DNA from: an uncultured Bacteriovoracaceae bacterium
GTDB lineage: Bacteria > Bdellovibrionota > Bacteriovoracia > Bacteriovoracales > Bacteriovoracaceae
Length of the DNA: 64,000 nt
Assembly: GCA_964012805.1 (NCBI GenBank)
Contig: CAXGUD010000018.1
Coordinates: 18,802 to 82,801, forward strand
Direction of reading: 5' to 3'
Of this stretch, positions 47,615 to 58,056 are shown piece after piece. The notes under the pieces were generated by a model that was given only the letters and a program-made list of their open reading frames with translations, had not been told where the DNA came from and made no database searches. Position numbers and translations under genes: made by a program. How positions within the stretch are numbered: position 1 is the first letter of the stretch; every line of letters begins with the position of its first letter.

Positions 47615-48982
47615 ATGAAGAAGTTTTTTCAGTTTTTCTTTCTCTTTTTCTTAGGTTTTGCTTCAGCGGTCATCCTAAATGAATTTGTAAGAATTTCAGA
47701 CATAAAAGAGGACGTTATATCCAAATCTCAGTCCCTTTTTGGGGGGCCAGAAAGAGATGTTGCAGAAGATTTAACAGAAGTGGATTCTGCGTCTGAAGAA
47801 GTTGCTGATGAGCTTGGGGGTGATGCCGAAGAAACTGCAGACTCCTCTGGCGAGGCAGAAGAAGGAGAAGAGCTTGCAGAGTCGGATGAAGAAATGGAAG
47901 GCGAGGAAAGTGAGGAAGAAGGAGAGGAATTGGCCGATGATGGAGAAGATGAAGACGGCGGAGAAGAATTGGCCGAATATGAGGGAGATGAAGAGCTTGG
48001 TGAGGAAGGCGAAGCTCCTAAAAAAGGAATGCCTGTTCACTCTGCTGTTGTTGGGTTAAGAGATATCCAAAAGCATTTCACAACATATGGAAATTTAAAG
48101 CCCTGGAAGAAAGTTGTTTTAAGACCAAATAGAGAAATGACGGTTAAAAAGGTTATGGTCAAAGTTGGAGATGTTATTAATGTTGGAGAAGTTTTAGTTG
48201 AATTTGAATCTGAATTACAAAATGAAAAGAAAAAGCTAGCTGAAATTGAGTTAAAAATTAAAAATGCTGAGTTCAACCTTACTAAAAAGTTAGCAATGAA
48301 TAATTTTATTTCAAAAAATGAAATGATGACAAAAAGTTTGAATAGAGAAGCACAGGCCTTAAGGTTTAAAATTGAACAAATTCAAAGCAACAAACAGTTT
48401 ATGAAGGCACCCATTAGTGGAATCATTTCATCGATTAATTTAAATCCAGGGGATTACATTAATGATCCCTCAAAGTTTTCTATCAAAATAGTTGATCAAC
48501 GGAAGTTTAAGGTCGATTTATTTTTGCCACCAGAAATAGCAGAGGCCCTCCAAAACAAGGTCCCTGTAGAAATTTTTCGGACAAAAGGTAAAAAGAAAGA
48601 AATAAAAAAAGCTCATGTTATCAGTGTAGCACCGACACTCGATTTAAAATCTGGTACAATCCAAACAGCTCTTGGTGTAAGCCAACCACCTTCAAGCTGG
48701 CGCTCGGGAATGTATGTAAAAATAAAAATTACTGTATCATCATTGTCGGGAGTCGTTGCTGTTCAAAATTCGGCTTTGGTCCAAGAAAAAGATAAAATGG
48801 TCTTATTCAAAATTTCAAATAAAGCCGGCAAAGGAGATTTTGTCACGAAGATTGTACCAAAATTAGGTGACTCAGATGGGGCCTATACTGAGGTGAAGTC
48901 AGGTCTCGAATTCTTTGATAAAATTGTTATAAAGGGTCAAGGAAGTTTAAAAGATCAATCTTTAGTAACAGTACTTAAATGA
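47615..48982 (+). CDS. RND membrane fusion (periplasmic adaptor) protein with a long acidic linker
   Basis: N-terminal TM; V.K+.VKVGD.+..GE.L lipoyl half; alpha-hairpin; APISG.I; GMY+K; GL....+V..G. Confidence 0.9.
   Translation: MKKFFQFFFLFFLGFASAVILNEFVRISDIKEDVISKSQSLFGGPERDVAEDLTEVDSASEEVADELGGDAEETADSSGEAEEGEELAESDEEMEGEESEEEGEELADDGEDEDGGEELAEYEGDEELGEEGEAPKKGMPVHSAVVGLRDIQKHFTTYGNLKPWKKVVLRPNREMTVKKVMVKVGDVINVGEVLVEFESELQNEKKKLAEIELKIKNAEFNLTKKLAMNNFISKNEMMTKSLNREAQALRFKIEQIQSNKQFMKAPISGIISSINLNPGDYINDPSKFSIKIVDQRKFKVDLFLPPEIAEALQNKVPVEIFRTKGKKKEIKKAHVISVAPTLDLKSGTIQTALGVSQPPSSWRSGMYVKIKITVSSLSGVVAVQNSALVQEKDKMVLFKISNKAGKGDFVTKIVPKLGDSDGAYTEVKSGLEFFDKIVIKGQGSLKDQSLVTVLK
47750..48015 (+). 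repeat. Asp/Glu-rich low-complexity repeat inside the MFP; boundaries approximate
   Basis: About 90 aa, roughly half D/E, with recurring GEELA / DEELG units (GAAGGAGAAGAGCTTGCA, GAAGGAGAGGAATTGGCC, GGCGGAGAAGAATTGGCC). Confidence 0.85.
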
Positions 48983-49094
48983 TTTAGTTTTATTAAAACC
49001 CTCTTTGTCCTTTTCTTTCCTGAAGATGATTTTATGCTTAAACGGGGCTAAAATGTAAGCACCTGTGCACTCTTTTCCATGGAAGGATAAAGAC

Positions 49095-52000
49095 ATGAGT
49101 GAATTTTCTGTTCGGCGACCTGTCACCATTTTGATGATTAGCCTAGGCCTTATTGTCTTAGGTGTTATCTCCGCAGACAGGATTCAATTAAGGTTATTAC
49201 CCCCTATTTCAACTCCAGAATTCTCTATTATGACAAAATATAAAGGGGCCACACCTAAAGAAGTTGAAAATAAAATTACTACGCCAATCGAAAAAGCTGT
49301 AAGTACTGAGGCCGGTCTTTACAGGATGGAGTCCTTTTCGGAAAGTGGTCGTTCGGAGATTAGACTAAAGTTTTCCTCCGATATAAATATTTTAGAAACA
49401 ATTTCAAATATTAGAGATAAGATTGAGTCGGTTGGCTTAGATGAAAGTATATCAAGGCCAAAAATTTTACGGTTTAATCCTAATGCCATGCCAGTTTTAA
49501 GGGCCTCTTTTACAAGTGATGAAAATTCAGGGTTAGATGCTTTTCAATTGGCCGAATTTATTCAGGATAACCTTCTTAAAAAAATTGAAACTATAGATGG
49601 AGTGGCCTTGGCGACTCTTATGGGAGTTCCAAAGAAAGAGATTTTTGTCGAACTTGACCCTTTAAAATCTAAGGCCTTTGGAATTGGAGTGACAAGTATC
49701 CCCGGTAGAATCCGAGAAACGAATAAAGAAATGCCAGGGGGAAGCATTCAAGAAGGAGGAAAGAGTGCAAGCATAAGGCTTGGTCAAAAACTTGGGTCTT
49801 TAGAGGACTTAGGTGGCGTCGTTGTCAAAAAAAATCAAACTCAAAATATTAATCTTTCTGATGTTGCAAAAATTCAATTAAGATCTTTAAAACCCAAGGT
49901 ACGTACCCATTTAGATGGGAGGCAAAGTTTAATTGTTGAAGTAAAGAAAGAGTCAGAGGCCAATACAGTTATTGTTGTACAGAAAGTAAGGAAATTAATT
50001 GAAAAATTTTTGAGTGAAAATGAAGAAGTTAGAGGTGTTATCCTTATTGATCAAGGAAAAGAGATTAAGTCATCCATTGATAATGTTATTGGCGCTGTCG
50101 TTAACGGAGGTATCCTTGCGGCATTTGTTATTCTCATTTTCCTGCAATCTTTGGGGCCTACAACAATTGTCGCCTTATCTATTCCTATGAGTTTAATGAT
50201 CACTCTCGTTTTAATGTATTTTACAGGAGTTTCTTTTAATCTTATGAGCTTAGGTGGACTGGCCTTAGGGGTTGGAATGCTTGTTGATAATTCTATTGTC
50301 GTTTTGGAAAATATCAGCCGATTTAAGGCACAGATGGATGATCATAAAGAAGCTGTTATTTGGGGAACTAAGAAAGTCGCCTCTGCTATAACGAGTTCGA
50401 CACTAACTACGGTGGCCGTTTTTGGGCCCTTGGTTTTTGTGGAGGGAATGATAGGGCAATTATTTAGAGATATATCCTTAACAGTAGTCTATTCACTCAC
50501 TTCTTCTCTTTTTGTGGCCCTAGTTTTAATTCCATGTTTAAGCTCTTTGGAGTTCGGTAAAGAAAAAGAAAAGAAAGAGTTGGGACTTGATCTTATCTTG
50601 ATGCCTTTCTTTGATAACTACCGGGGACAATTGGAAAGGCCAATTTATTTAATGCCCTTTTTTCTTATAAAAAACATTTTTGTCTCTCTTCAGGTCGCTT
50701 TTATCCTTACAATGCATTTTTTAACCTCTTTTATTGGTTGGATTTTAACATCACTGTTTAAATTATTTCTTTTTATATTTGAACTTATTTTTAGACCTGT
50801 CATGAATATTGTAGGAAAAGGTCAAGATAATCTTAGGGTAAGATATGGAAAGTCTCTTGAGCTGCAGCTCAGAAACAAAGTCAAAGTTCTTTTCGTTGTC
50901 CTAATCATTTTTGGGAGCTCTATTTACTACTTAGGTCAGAAGGGGGCCGAGTTATTTCCTTCAGAAGGTTCTGATAGGATCACCTATAACTTGGAATTTC
51001 CATCAGGCCAGCTTTTAGATGAAACAGAGGGAATAATCTCTAAGGTCGAAAAAAAATTGCTAAATTTAGATGGTCTGAAAAATGTAATCTCGATGACCGG
51101 AGTTGAAGGCCCTCAATATTCCAGTCTGATGATGACTTTTGAGGATGATTTAAAAATAGAAGAGTATGGGCCTTTAGAGGCCAAAATTTTTCGAGTTTTA
51201 AGAAAAATTCCAGAAGTTAAGTTAACAAAAATGGTTGAAAGCATGATTTCTGCAAGTAAACCCATTGAAATAGAAATATTTTCAAACGATTTAGAGCAAT
51301 TAGCAGACCTTGGATCACAAAGTATAAAAGCTTTGAAAGAGATGGAGGGTTTAAAGGATGTTGAGTCGTCTCTAAAAGGGAATATTTCCGAAATTAGCGT
51401 TAATTTTAGTCAATCTAAATTAGACCGCTTTGGAGTGGATATGGGGTCCTATACTAAGGATTTAGGGCTTCTTATAAAAGGAAAATCAGCTGGGTTTATT
51501 CCTATAAAGGGTACACAAATCCCAATAAAAGTTGGTACAGACATAGGCTATTTTGATAACTTGGAAAAAATAAGTTTTTTCAGTGTTTCAATGGACAAAA
51601 AACCTATATCTCTTAATCAAGTCTCGCAAATTGAAAGAAATAATATCCTTGGTCTTATTAAGCATATAGATAGAAAAAGGGTAGTGACTGTCTCAAGTGA
51701 TCTGGATGGAATTGACTTGAGAACTGCAAGTAACCGGATTAAAGAAAAGTTAACAACTCTGTTTGCCGGAAAGGACATAAAGTGGGCCATAGCAGGTCAG
51801 GATGTTGAGAGGCAAAAGTCAGAAAAGTCCCTGTTGTTTGCCATTGGCCTTTCTATTTTCCTTATTTATATACTTCTTGCCAGCCAGTTTGAAAGCTTTG
51901 CTCAGCCTGCTATTATTCTTTTTGCAGTCCCTCTATGTGTCGTAGGAGTTGCAGGTATTTTAGGGGTATTGGATATGAGTGTGTCGGCACTCGTTTTTAT

Positions 52001-52325
52001 TGGGTTTGTTATTTTAGCGGGAATTAGTGTGAATACTTCTATTGTTCTAGTTGATACAATGAATGAAAGAATAATGTCTGGAATGGACCGCTTTGATGCT
52101 ATTGTTGAATCTTCAAAAAACCGTTTAAAGCCGATACTTATGACAACAGCTTCAACAATTATAGGACTTTTACCAATGGCCATTAGTGTTGGGAAAGGAG
52201 CGGGGATGAGAAAGCCTCTTGCCATAACTGTGATAGGGGGCCTCATTAGTTCAACCATCCTAACTCTCATTGTTGTTCCCTTGGTTTATGATTTAATTTC
52301 AAGGAAGAAAAAAATTGAAGAGTAA
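49095..52325 (+). CDS. RND efflux permease, subunit 1 (start ATG 49095 preferred over GTG 49065)
   Basis: MSEFSVRRPV, Y.GATP.EVE, GMLVDNSIVVLENI, RLKPILMTT, RKPLAITVIGG. Confidence 0.94.
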   Translation: MSEFSVRRPVTILMISLGLIVLGVISADRIQLRLLPPISTPEFSIMTKYKGATPKEVENKITTPIEKAVSTEAGLYRMESFSESGRSEIRLKFSSDINILETISNIRDKIESVGLDESISRPKILRFNPNAMPVLRASFTSDENSGLDAFQLAEFIQDNLLKKIETIDGVALATLMGVPKKEIFVELDPLKSKAFGIGVTSIPGRIRETNKEMPGGSIQEGGKSASIRLGQKLGSLEDLGGVVVKKNQTQNINLSDVAKIQLRSLKPKVRTHLDGRQSLIVEVKKESEANTVIVVQKVRKLIEKFLSENEEVRGVILIDQGKEIKSSIDNVIGAVVNGGILAAFVILIFLQSLGPTTIVALSIPMSLMITLVLMYFTGVSFNLMSLGGLALGVGMLVDNSIVVLENISRFKAQMDDHKEAVIWGTKKVASAITSSTLTTVAVFGPLVFVEGMIGQLFRDISLTVVYSLTSSLFVALVLIPCLSSLEFGKEKEKKELGLDLILMPFFDNYRGQLERPIYLMPFFLIKNIFVSLQVAFILTMHFLTSFIGWILTSLFKLFLFIFELIFRPVMNIVGKGQDNLRVRYGKSLELQLRNKVKVLFVVLIIFGSSIYYLGQKGAELFPSEGSDRITYNLEFPSGQLLDETEGIISKVEKKLLNLDGLKNVISMTGVEGPQYSSLMMTFEDDLKIEEYGPLEAKIFRVLRKIPEVKLTKMVESMISASKPIEIEIFSNDLEQLADLGSQSIKALKEMEGLKDVESSLKGNISEISVNFSQSKLDRFGVDMGSYTKDLGLLIKGKSAGFIPIKGTQIPIKVGTDIGYFDNLEKISFFSVSMDKKPISLNQVSQIERNNILGLIKHIDRKRVVTVSSDLDGIDLRTASNRIKEKLTTLFAGKDIKWAIAGQDVERQKSEKSLLFAIGLSIFLIYILLASQFESFAQPAIILFAVPLCVVGVAGILGVLDMSVSALVFIGFVILAGISVNTSIVLVDTMNERIMSGMDRFDAIVESSKNRLKPILMTTASTIIGLLPMAISVGKGAGMRKPLAITVIGGLISSTILTLIVVPLVYDLISRKKKIEE

Positions 52326-55300
52326 AGAACCTTCATTTTTAGAAACATTAATTAGAAAGAAAACGCTTTCTTTATCTTTGGCCTTTGTAGTCATGTTGGT
52401 TATTAGTGCTGTTTGCTGGATGAAAATTCCAGTTGAAGTTATGCCTAAGGAAACAACTGAACCGTTTTTATATGTAAACGTCAAGGCACTCAATCCCGGT
52501 CCACCTGAAGAAATAGAATTAGCTTTAACCCTACCTGTTGAAGGTGCAATGAGGACAATTTCTAATGTCCAGGAAATGAAAACGAGAACGAGTAAGAGAG
52601 GTTGTAATGTTTCACTCACTTTCAAACCTAAAACAGATATGCAATTGGCCTATTTCAGTGTCCAGGAGGCTTTACAGGAGCTAGATGGTAAGGGCATTTT
52701 GAAAATGAAATCAGTAAAAATCATGAGGTTTAATCCGGAAGCAGAGGCCCTCATGAAATTAACTGCAAGTATTCCGATAGATATAGAAGATCCAAATAAC
52801 CTCATAAATGTAAAGTTAAAGTCTATCCTTGAATCAACTCCAGGTGTAGCGAAAATTGAAATTCAAGGAATCGAGCCAACTGAGTATCAGTTTAATATTT
52901 CACCAGACAAGGTTTTTGAGCATGGCCTTACACCAACGGACCTTTCTAAAAATTTAAACTTTCAAAATTCAATGGAGACTTTGGGAAATGTACCGGCCCT
53001 TGCTCCTAATCGTTTAACAAGCTTAAAAAGTAGTCTCGTAACCAAAGAGCTTGATACTGTAAAAGGGAAATCTTTAAAAAGTGGAACAAATTTAACTCTA
53101 GATAAAGTGGCCAAAGAAAAGCAGCTTGATAAATCAAAGGAAAATATATCAAGAAAGGATGGGGACCAGACAATATTTATTGAAATCTTCCAAACGCCCT
53201 CAGTGAGTCTTTTTGATTTTGCAAACACAATTGATGAAAAGTTTAAAGACCTTCCAAATTTGGACCCAGAGTTTAAGAAAATTAAATTTGTCTATGTTAT
53301 TAATAAGGCCCAAAGTTTAAGAAAGTCTATGAATGATGTTTTTAATTCACTTTATATGGCGATCGGAATTACTTTTCTTGTTGTTTTTATATTTTTGAGG
53401 AAAATTGGTGCAACTCTAATTATATCAATTGTTATTCCCGTAAGTGTATTATTTGTGGTTTCTCTTATTTACATGAAAGGTGGGAGTTTAAATCTTATAT
53501 CTCTATCAGGTTTAATTTTATCAATTGGTCTTATTGTTGATAATGCCATTGTGGTCGTTGAAAAAATAACTCAGTTTAGAGAAAAAGGTCTATCGAGAGT
53601 TGATTCGGCAACTCTTGGGGCCAATGATGTTGCTATTCCTCTTCTTCTTTCAACTTTGACAACAATCATTATTTTTTTACCAGCAGCTTTTATTGACTCA
53701 GGTGATACCTTTACAAATATGTTAAAGGCCTTTCAAGTTCCAGTTATTAGTGCTCTTATTTCTTCTTACGTAATTGCCCTCTTTTTTGTTCCTTTAGGAG
53801 CGTTAATAGGTAAAAGAGAGAGCAAAAATATTGCTGTTTGTGATGTTGACCTTGAAGAAGAAGACCAGGAAGTTTCACCGACTATGATTAAATTTTATCA
53901 TTTATTACTAAAAAATAAGGTTTTGGTTGGAGTAGTTATTCTTTCAATAATGTGTGCGCTTTTTATGAAGGTTTCTTCTATAGAAGAAGTTGATATAGAT
54001 GACCCAAGGGATCCCTATAATAACTTAAACCTGACTTTTAATAAAGAAATACCAGAATATGAAAGGAAAGAAATTGTCGAGGAAATTGAAAGAAAGCTTC
54101 TCAGAAAAAAGAAAGATTTAGGCTTTAAGTTCGCTTTAACTGAATATACTGCAAAAGATACGTCAGGTACATTTACACTTTATCCCTTTGAAAGTGATAA
54201 CCTTGATAAAGCACTTGATACGCTAAAAGAAAAAATGAAAAAATTTGCTAAATCTTTTAGGCCAATTCCTGGCTTTAAAATATCAGCTGGATATGATGAC
54301 GATGACGATATGAGTAGTGGCCCCAAAAAAATGACGGTTTATTTAGAGGGTGCCAAAACTTTAAAACTAAAATCAATCCAAGCAGACTTAATGGATGAAA
54401 TAAAAAAAATAAAAGGTGTCACTAAGATTAATACTGAGGCAATGGAAAGAGGTTCGTTGAGTTTTCGTTTTGTATCTAAGCCAGCAGTTGTTCAGCAGTA
54501 CGGTCTAACTCTTAAAAAAATAGCCAGCCAAATCACATCTTTGATGAATTCTTATAGTATCGATGGCCTCGTTGTCGATGGTAAAAAGGTTGAAACACAA
54601 GTAAAGCTAACTCCGGAAGGAAATGATTGGACAAGAGAAGCTTTAAAAAAGGTAAGAGTTTCTGTTGGAAAAAATAACTTTGTTCCTTTAGGTGATCTTG
54701 GAGTATTTGTTGAAACAAAACAGGTGACTTCAATTTCAAGGAAAAAGGGACTTTCTTTTTTAAAGTTTTATGTTTATTTTAATGGCACACTATCGAGTGC
54801 TGATTACAGCGCTGCCAAAAGTAGTGTAAGAAAAATTGTGAGTGATTATAAGTATCCAAAGGGTTATGGAAAAAAGAAAAACGAATCTTTTGAAAAAGTT
54901 GAGGAAATGAAAAAGAAGGGACAGTTTGTGATATATATGTCCATCTTTCTTATTTATCTTATTATGGCCTCTCTTTTTGAGTCGCCTCTTTTACCCTTTG
55001 CGATTTTATTTACAGTTCCTTTGGCCATTATTTTTGGTATATCGGGACTTCACTTTTTAAAGTTTGACCTTGATCCTATGGCAAGATTGGGTCTGATAAT
55101 ATTGATAGGGGTCGTTGTTAATAATGCGATAATTCTAATTGATGTGATTTTAAAATTAAGAGCAAGGGGAAAAAGAAGGGATGATGCTATTGCTCTTGGT
55201 TGCACCCAAAGGTTAAAAGCCGTTTTTATGACTACGGCGACAACTGTATTTGGTTTAATGCCGGTTGCTTTAGGTCAGTCTAAAATTATGGGAATACCAT

Positions 55301-55437
55301 ATTCAACTTTAGGAATTTGTATAATAAGCGGAATGACCTTCTCGACACTTATTACTCTAGTCTTGTTACCACTGGTTTACATTCTTTTTGATTCTCTAGA
55401 GTTTAAAGTTAAAGAAACTCTAGGCATGGCAAACTGA
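52315..55437 (+). CDS. RND efflux permease, subunit 2
   Basis: GLIVDNAIVVVE, GVVVNNAIILID, RLKAVFMTT.TT+FGL.P; TTG start overlaps the stop of subunit 1. Confidence 0.93.
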   Translation: MKSKEPSFLETLIRKKTLSLSLAFVVMLVISAVCWMKIPVEVMPKETTEPFLYVNVKALNPGPPEEIELALTLPVEGAMRTISNVQEMKTRTSKRGCNVSLTFKPKTDMQLAYFSVQEALQELDGKGILKMKSVKIMRFNPEAEALMKLTASIPIDIEDPNNLINVKLKSILESTPGVAKIEIQGIEPTEYQFNISPDKVFEHGLTPTDLSKNLNFQNSMETLGNVPALAPNRLTSLKSSLVTKELDTVKGKSLKSGTNLTLDKVAKEKQLDKSKENISRKDGDQTIFIEIFQTPSVSLFDFANTIDEKFKDLPNLDPEFKKIKFVYVINKAQSLRKSMNDVFNSLYMAIGITFLVVFIFLRKIGATLIISIVIPVSVLFVVSLIYMKGGSLNLISLSGLILSIGLIVDNAIVVVEKITQFREKGLSRVDSATLGANDVAIPLLLSTLTTIIIFLPAAFIDSGDTFTNMLKAFQVPVISALISSYVIALFFVPLGALIGKRESKNIAVCDVDLEEEDQEVSPTMIKFYHLLLKNKVLVGVVILSIMCALFMKVSSIEEVDIDDPRDPYNNLNLTFNKEIPEYERKEIVEEIERKLLRKKKDLGFKFALTEYTAKDTSGTFTLYPFESDNLDKALDTLKEKMKKFAKSFRPIPGFKISAGYDDDDDMSSGPKKMTVYLEGAKTLKLKSIQADLMDEIKKIKGVTKINTEAMERGSLSFRFVSKPAVVQQYGLTLKKIASQITSLMNSYSIDGLVVDGKKVETQVKLTPEGNDWTREALKKVRVSVGKNNFVPLGDLGVFVETKQVTSISRKKGLSFLKFYVYFNGTLSSADYSAAKSSVRKIVSDYKYPKGYGKKKNESFEKVEEMKKKGQFVIYMSIFLIYLIMASLFESPLLPFAILFTVPLAIIFGISGLHFLKFDLDPMARLGLIILIGVVVNNAIILIDVILKLRARGKRRDDAIALGCTQRLKAVFMTTATTVFGLMPVALGQSKIMGIPYSTLGICIISGMTFSTLITLVLLPLVYILFDSLEFKVKETLGMAN

Positions 55438-55442
55438 TTTTT

Positions 55443-55477
55443 AAAAAAAAAGGCCTCTTTTTTAGTAAGGCCTTTTT
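55443..55477. terminator. Bidirectional intrinsic terminator between convergent genes
   Basis: AAAAAGGCCT...AGGCCTTTTT with A/T tracts on both sides. Confidence 0.75.
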
Positions 55478-55512
55478 AAAAATGAATTTCGATTTTTTGG
55501 ATTTATTTTTTA

Positions 55513-56460
55513 TTAATCTCTAAATTTATGATGATGAAAGTGAAGGTTATGGTCACATCCAGTCGATGAGACAATTTGATCAAAGCTAACTTTGCCAATC
55601 GAAGACCATACTTTATTTCCATTGGCATCTTTTTCGTTAGCAACGAAAATGTTAAAACTTAATTGCCCGTTTGAGTCTATATGAGTTTTTAGTTCATCTC
55701 TAAAATCTGACTCATTAACGGCGTCTTCCTCATTTACACCAATAAACTTCATGTACTTGGGGGTGGTGGCCACTTCATTTTCTTGAAGCCCTAAATTTGA
55801 TATTGAGTAAACTTGCCTTATGCCAGGGTTTTTATCAGCTTCACCAAATGCTTTTCCTACGGCCGCAGCAATTGGTGCGAGTAAGGGAAGAGAAAATGAA
55901 AAGGACGGAAGAATACCTGGTTCATTTGTTAAATTAGCTCTTGTAAAGTTTGTTTCGTAAGTTCCACCGAGATTATCTATGAGAAAAAAGTTTGCTGTTT
56001 TATGAGTTGTGTAAGGATCTTCTGTGGGAAAAATTTTTCCTGCAAGACCAAATCCTCGTAGATCACCTTGTTTTGTGTTGGAAAGAGTTGTTGACGCTCT
56101 TGCAATAATTAGACCTTTAGAACCTTTTTTGAAGTAACCTGAGTAAGGGTTTTCTTTTGTTATTTCCCAAATTCCGGCCATACAGGTTCCATTTTTGTGA
56201 AGGAGTTTATCAAAGTATGGAAGTATATCAGATTTGTTTTCAACGGTTCTTTTTGCACTTTTTTTAATTAAATTTGTAAAGCCACTGAAGAAACTTGAAA
56301 ATGTAACCTTCTTTTCAGGAAGATATGAATAAGGTTTTTCTTCAACCACAGACCAAACTTCTTCAAAACTTGAACCATTATAAGCTTCTTGAGCAAGTAT
56401 TGGATTTGAAAATTGTAATAAAGCGGTTGATAAAATGAGGGATTTAAATACTTTTTTCAT
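55513..56460 (-). CDS. Secreted catalase-fold protein (paralog of 23544..24497)
   Basis: Signal peptide; KLLHKNGTCMAGIW, ARAS, GLAGK+FPT.DP, TANF, ADKN..IRQVY, TPKY, DFR.EL, CD..LHF.H all shared with the paralog. Confidence 0.65.
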   Translation of the reverse strand: MKKVFKSLILSTALLQFSNPILAQEAYNGSSFEEVWSVVEEKPYSYLPEKKVTFSSFFSGFTNLIKKSAKRTVENKSDILPYFDKLLHKNGTCMAGIWEITKENPYSGYFKKGSKGLIIARASTTLSNTKQGDLRGFGLAGKIFPTEDPYTTHKTANFFLIDNLGGTYETNFTRANLTNEPGILPSFSFSLPLLAPIAAAVGKAFGEADKNPGIRQVYSISNLGLQENEVATTPKYMKFIGVNEEDAVNESDFRDELKTHIDSNGQLSFNIFVANEKDANGNKVWSSIGKVSFDQIVSSTGCDHNLHFHHHKFRD

Positions 56461-56681
56461 TTAAAAAATGTCCTTAAATAAAGTTTATTGATAGCTTAAA
56501 AGCACTCTCAGTTCGTGGTCTAAACCTAATGAAAAAGAAAGCGACTTACAAGTTATTTAAGAATGTTATGAAAAAAAGAGAGGTTAAAGCTTATTTTAAA
56601 CTAGAGTAAGACTGGGAATCTTGCTTTAAGATCGACTTATTTTAGATAAGCTTATTTTTCTGGACAAAGAAACTTAATAAA

Positions 56682-57986
56682 TCAAGGCCTCAAGTCCTGT
56701 CCAAAAGCCTGCAGAATTTGTCCCATTAATAAAAATTTGTCCTTTAACCTTCTTGCCAGACCTACCCTTGCACTAAATAAGTCTGTTCTGGCCTGTCTAA
56801 GGTCAGAGCTTGTAATTTTCCCAAGGTTATACATATTCTTGGAGTATTTTTGTTGTGCCTTTGCCTTTTCCAAAATGAGTTGTGAGGATTTTATACTTTC
56901 ACCAAGAATTTTATAATCCTGAAACAATTTTAAAATTGTATTCTTTTTTTCAAATATTTGTTTTTTGAAGTTTAATTCACTGGTTTCAAGATTGTAGATG
57001 GAAGACTTTAAGTTGGCCCTCGATTTTCCCCAATCAAAAACGGTCCATGTTAAATTCAAACCTGCTTGAAAGGATTGAGGGTTTGTGTCCCCACTTTTAA
57101 ATTGTTCAGCTAAATCCCATGTATGGGACGCACTTGCTGTAAGTTGAGGCCACATATTGAGCTTCTCCTGACCTAAACTATTTTTGGATTTTTCCATGTT
57201 GTTTAACTCCATTTTTATATCAGAGTTATTTTCGAGCAGCACCTTTTCCCAATCCTTTTGAAAACGCTCCCAGTTTTTATCAAATGCATCTTTGAAATAA
57301 GGCCTAAAAGTTAAAAAGTCGACAGGTTTTACTTCAACTTTTTTATTAGGGTTAATTAGAAACTGAAAGGCGGTGAGCGCTGTTTTTATGTTTTTATTTA
57401 TTTCAAGGAGGTCCCTGTTAGCGTTTAAAAGAGAGATTTCTGGACTATAAAGATCTATTTTTGTTTTGGCGCCAAGCTTTACTAATTGGGACGCCTTTTT
57501 GTAGTTCATTTGAGCACTATCTCTTCCCTGCTGGGTAATGACTTTTTCATTTTTTAAGAGTTGAAGACTTAAATAAGAACCTAAAACATTGAGAATATAA
57601 TCCTGAACGGCTTTGAATGTTGAAATTTCCTCATTTTTTAATGAAAGCCCAGTGTTTTCAATTGTTGTTTGTGTTTGCCAATGGTCCCAAAGAGTCCACG
57701 ATGTAGTTAATGAAGCTGTTTTTGAAACTGTACCTTCTCCGGCTGAATGGGAGTAGCTTAATCCGCTTGATAGAGAAACAGTGGGAAGGTATGCTTTCTT
57801 TGAATTCGAAAGATCTATTTTTGCTTTCTCCAAGTTTATCCGCTGGTTTTTTATATTTATATTGTGTTGTAGGCCTTCAATAATGAGGCTTTTTAAGTCC
57901 ATACTCGCCAGAGTTTTGCCTGATATAAAGTTAGAAAGAAGGACTAAGGTTAGAGAGAGAAAAAGAGTGGGCATTGTGTTCATCAT
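56682..57986 (-). CDS. TolC-family outer membrane efflux protein
   Basis: Signal peptide; two repeats (YLPTVSLS...WTLWD; WPQLTAS...WTVFDWG); LGAKTKIDL and LGKITSSDL equatorial motifs. Confidence 0.9.
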   Translation of the reverse strand: MMNTMPTLFLSLTLVLLSNFISGKTLASMDLKSLIIEGLQHNINIKNQRINLEKAKIDLSNSKKAYLPTVSLSSGLSYSHSAGEGTVSKTASLTTSWTLWDHWQTQTTIENTGLSLKNEEISTFKAVQDYILNVLGSYLSLQLLKNEKVITQQGRDSAQMNYKKASQLVKLGAKTKIDLYSPEISLLNANRDLLEINKNIKTALTAFQFLINPNKKVEVKPVDFLTFRPYFKDAFDKNWERFQKDWEKVLLENNSDIKMELNNMEKSKNSLGQEKLNMWPQLTASASHTWDLAEQFKSGDTNPQSFQAGLNLTWTVFDWGKSRANLKSSIYNLETSELNFKKQIFEKKNTILKLFQDYKILGESIKSSQLILEKAKAQQKYSKNMYNLGKITSSDLRQARTDLFSARVGLARRLKDKFLLMGQILQAFGQDLRP

Positions 57987-58056
57987 AAGTTTGCCTCAAA
58001 ATAGGAGTAGAAAACTTTTTATAAGATTTTTTTTTGTCAGGAGATATTCTAACAAT

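Noticed and set aside
57781..58056. Track N-terminal extension of the GNAT-cNMP gene
   Set aside because: Overlaps the tolC 5' end on the opposite strand; ATG 58057 has an RBS and begins the recognisable domain.
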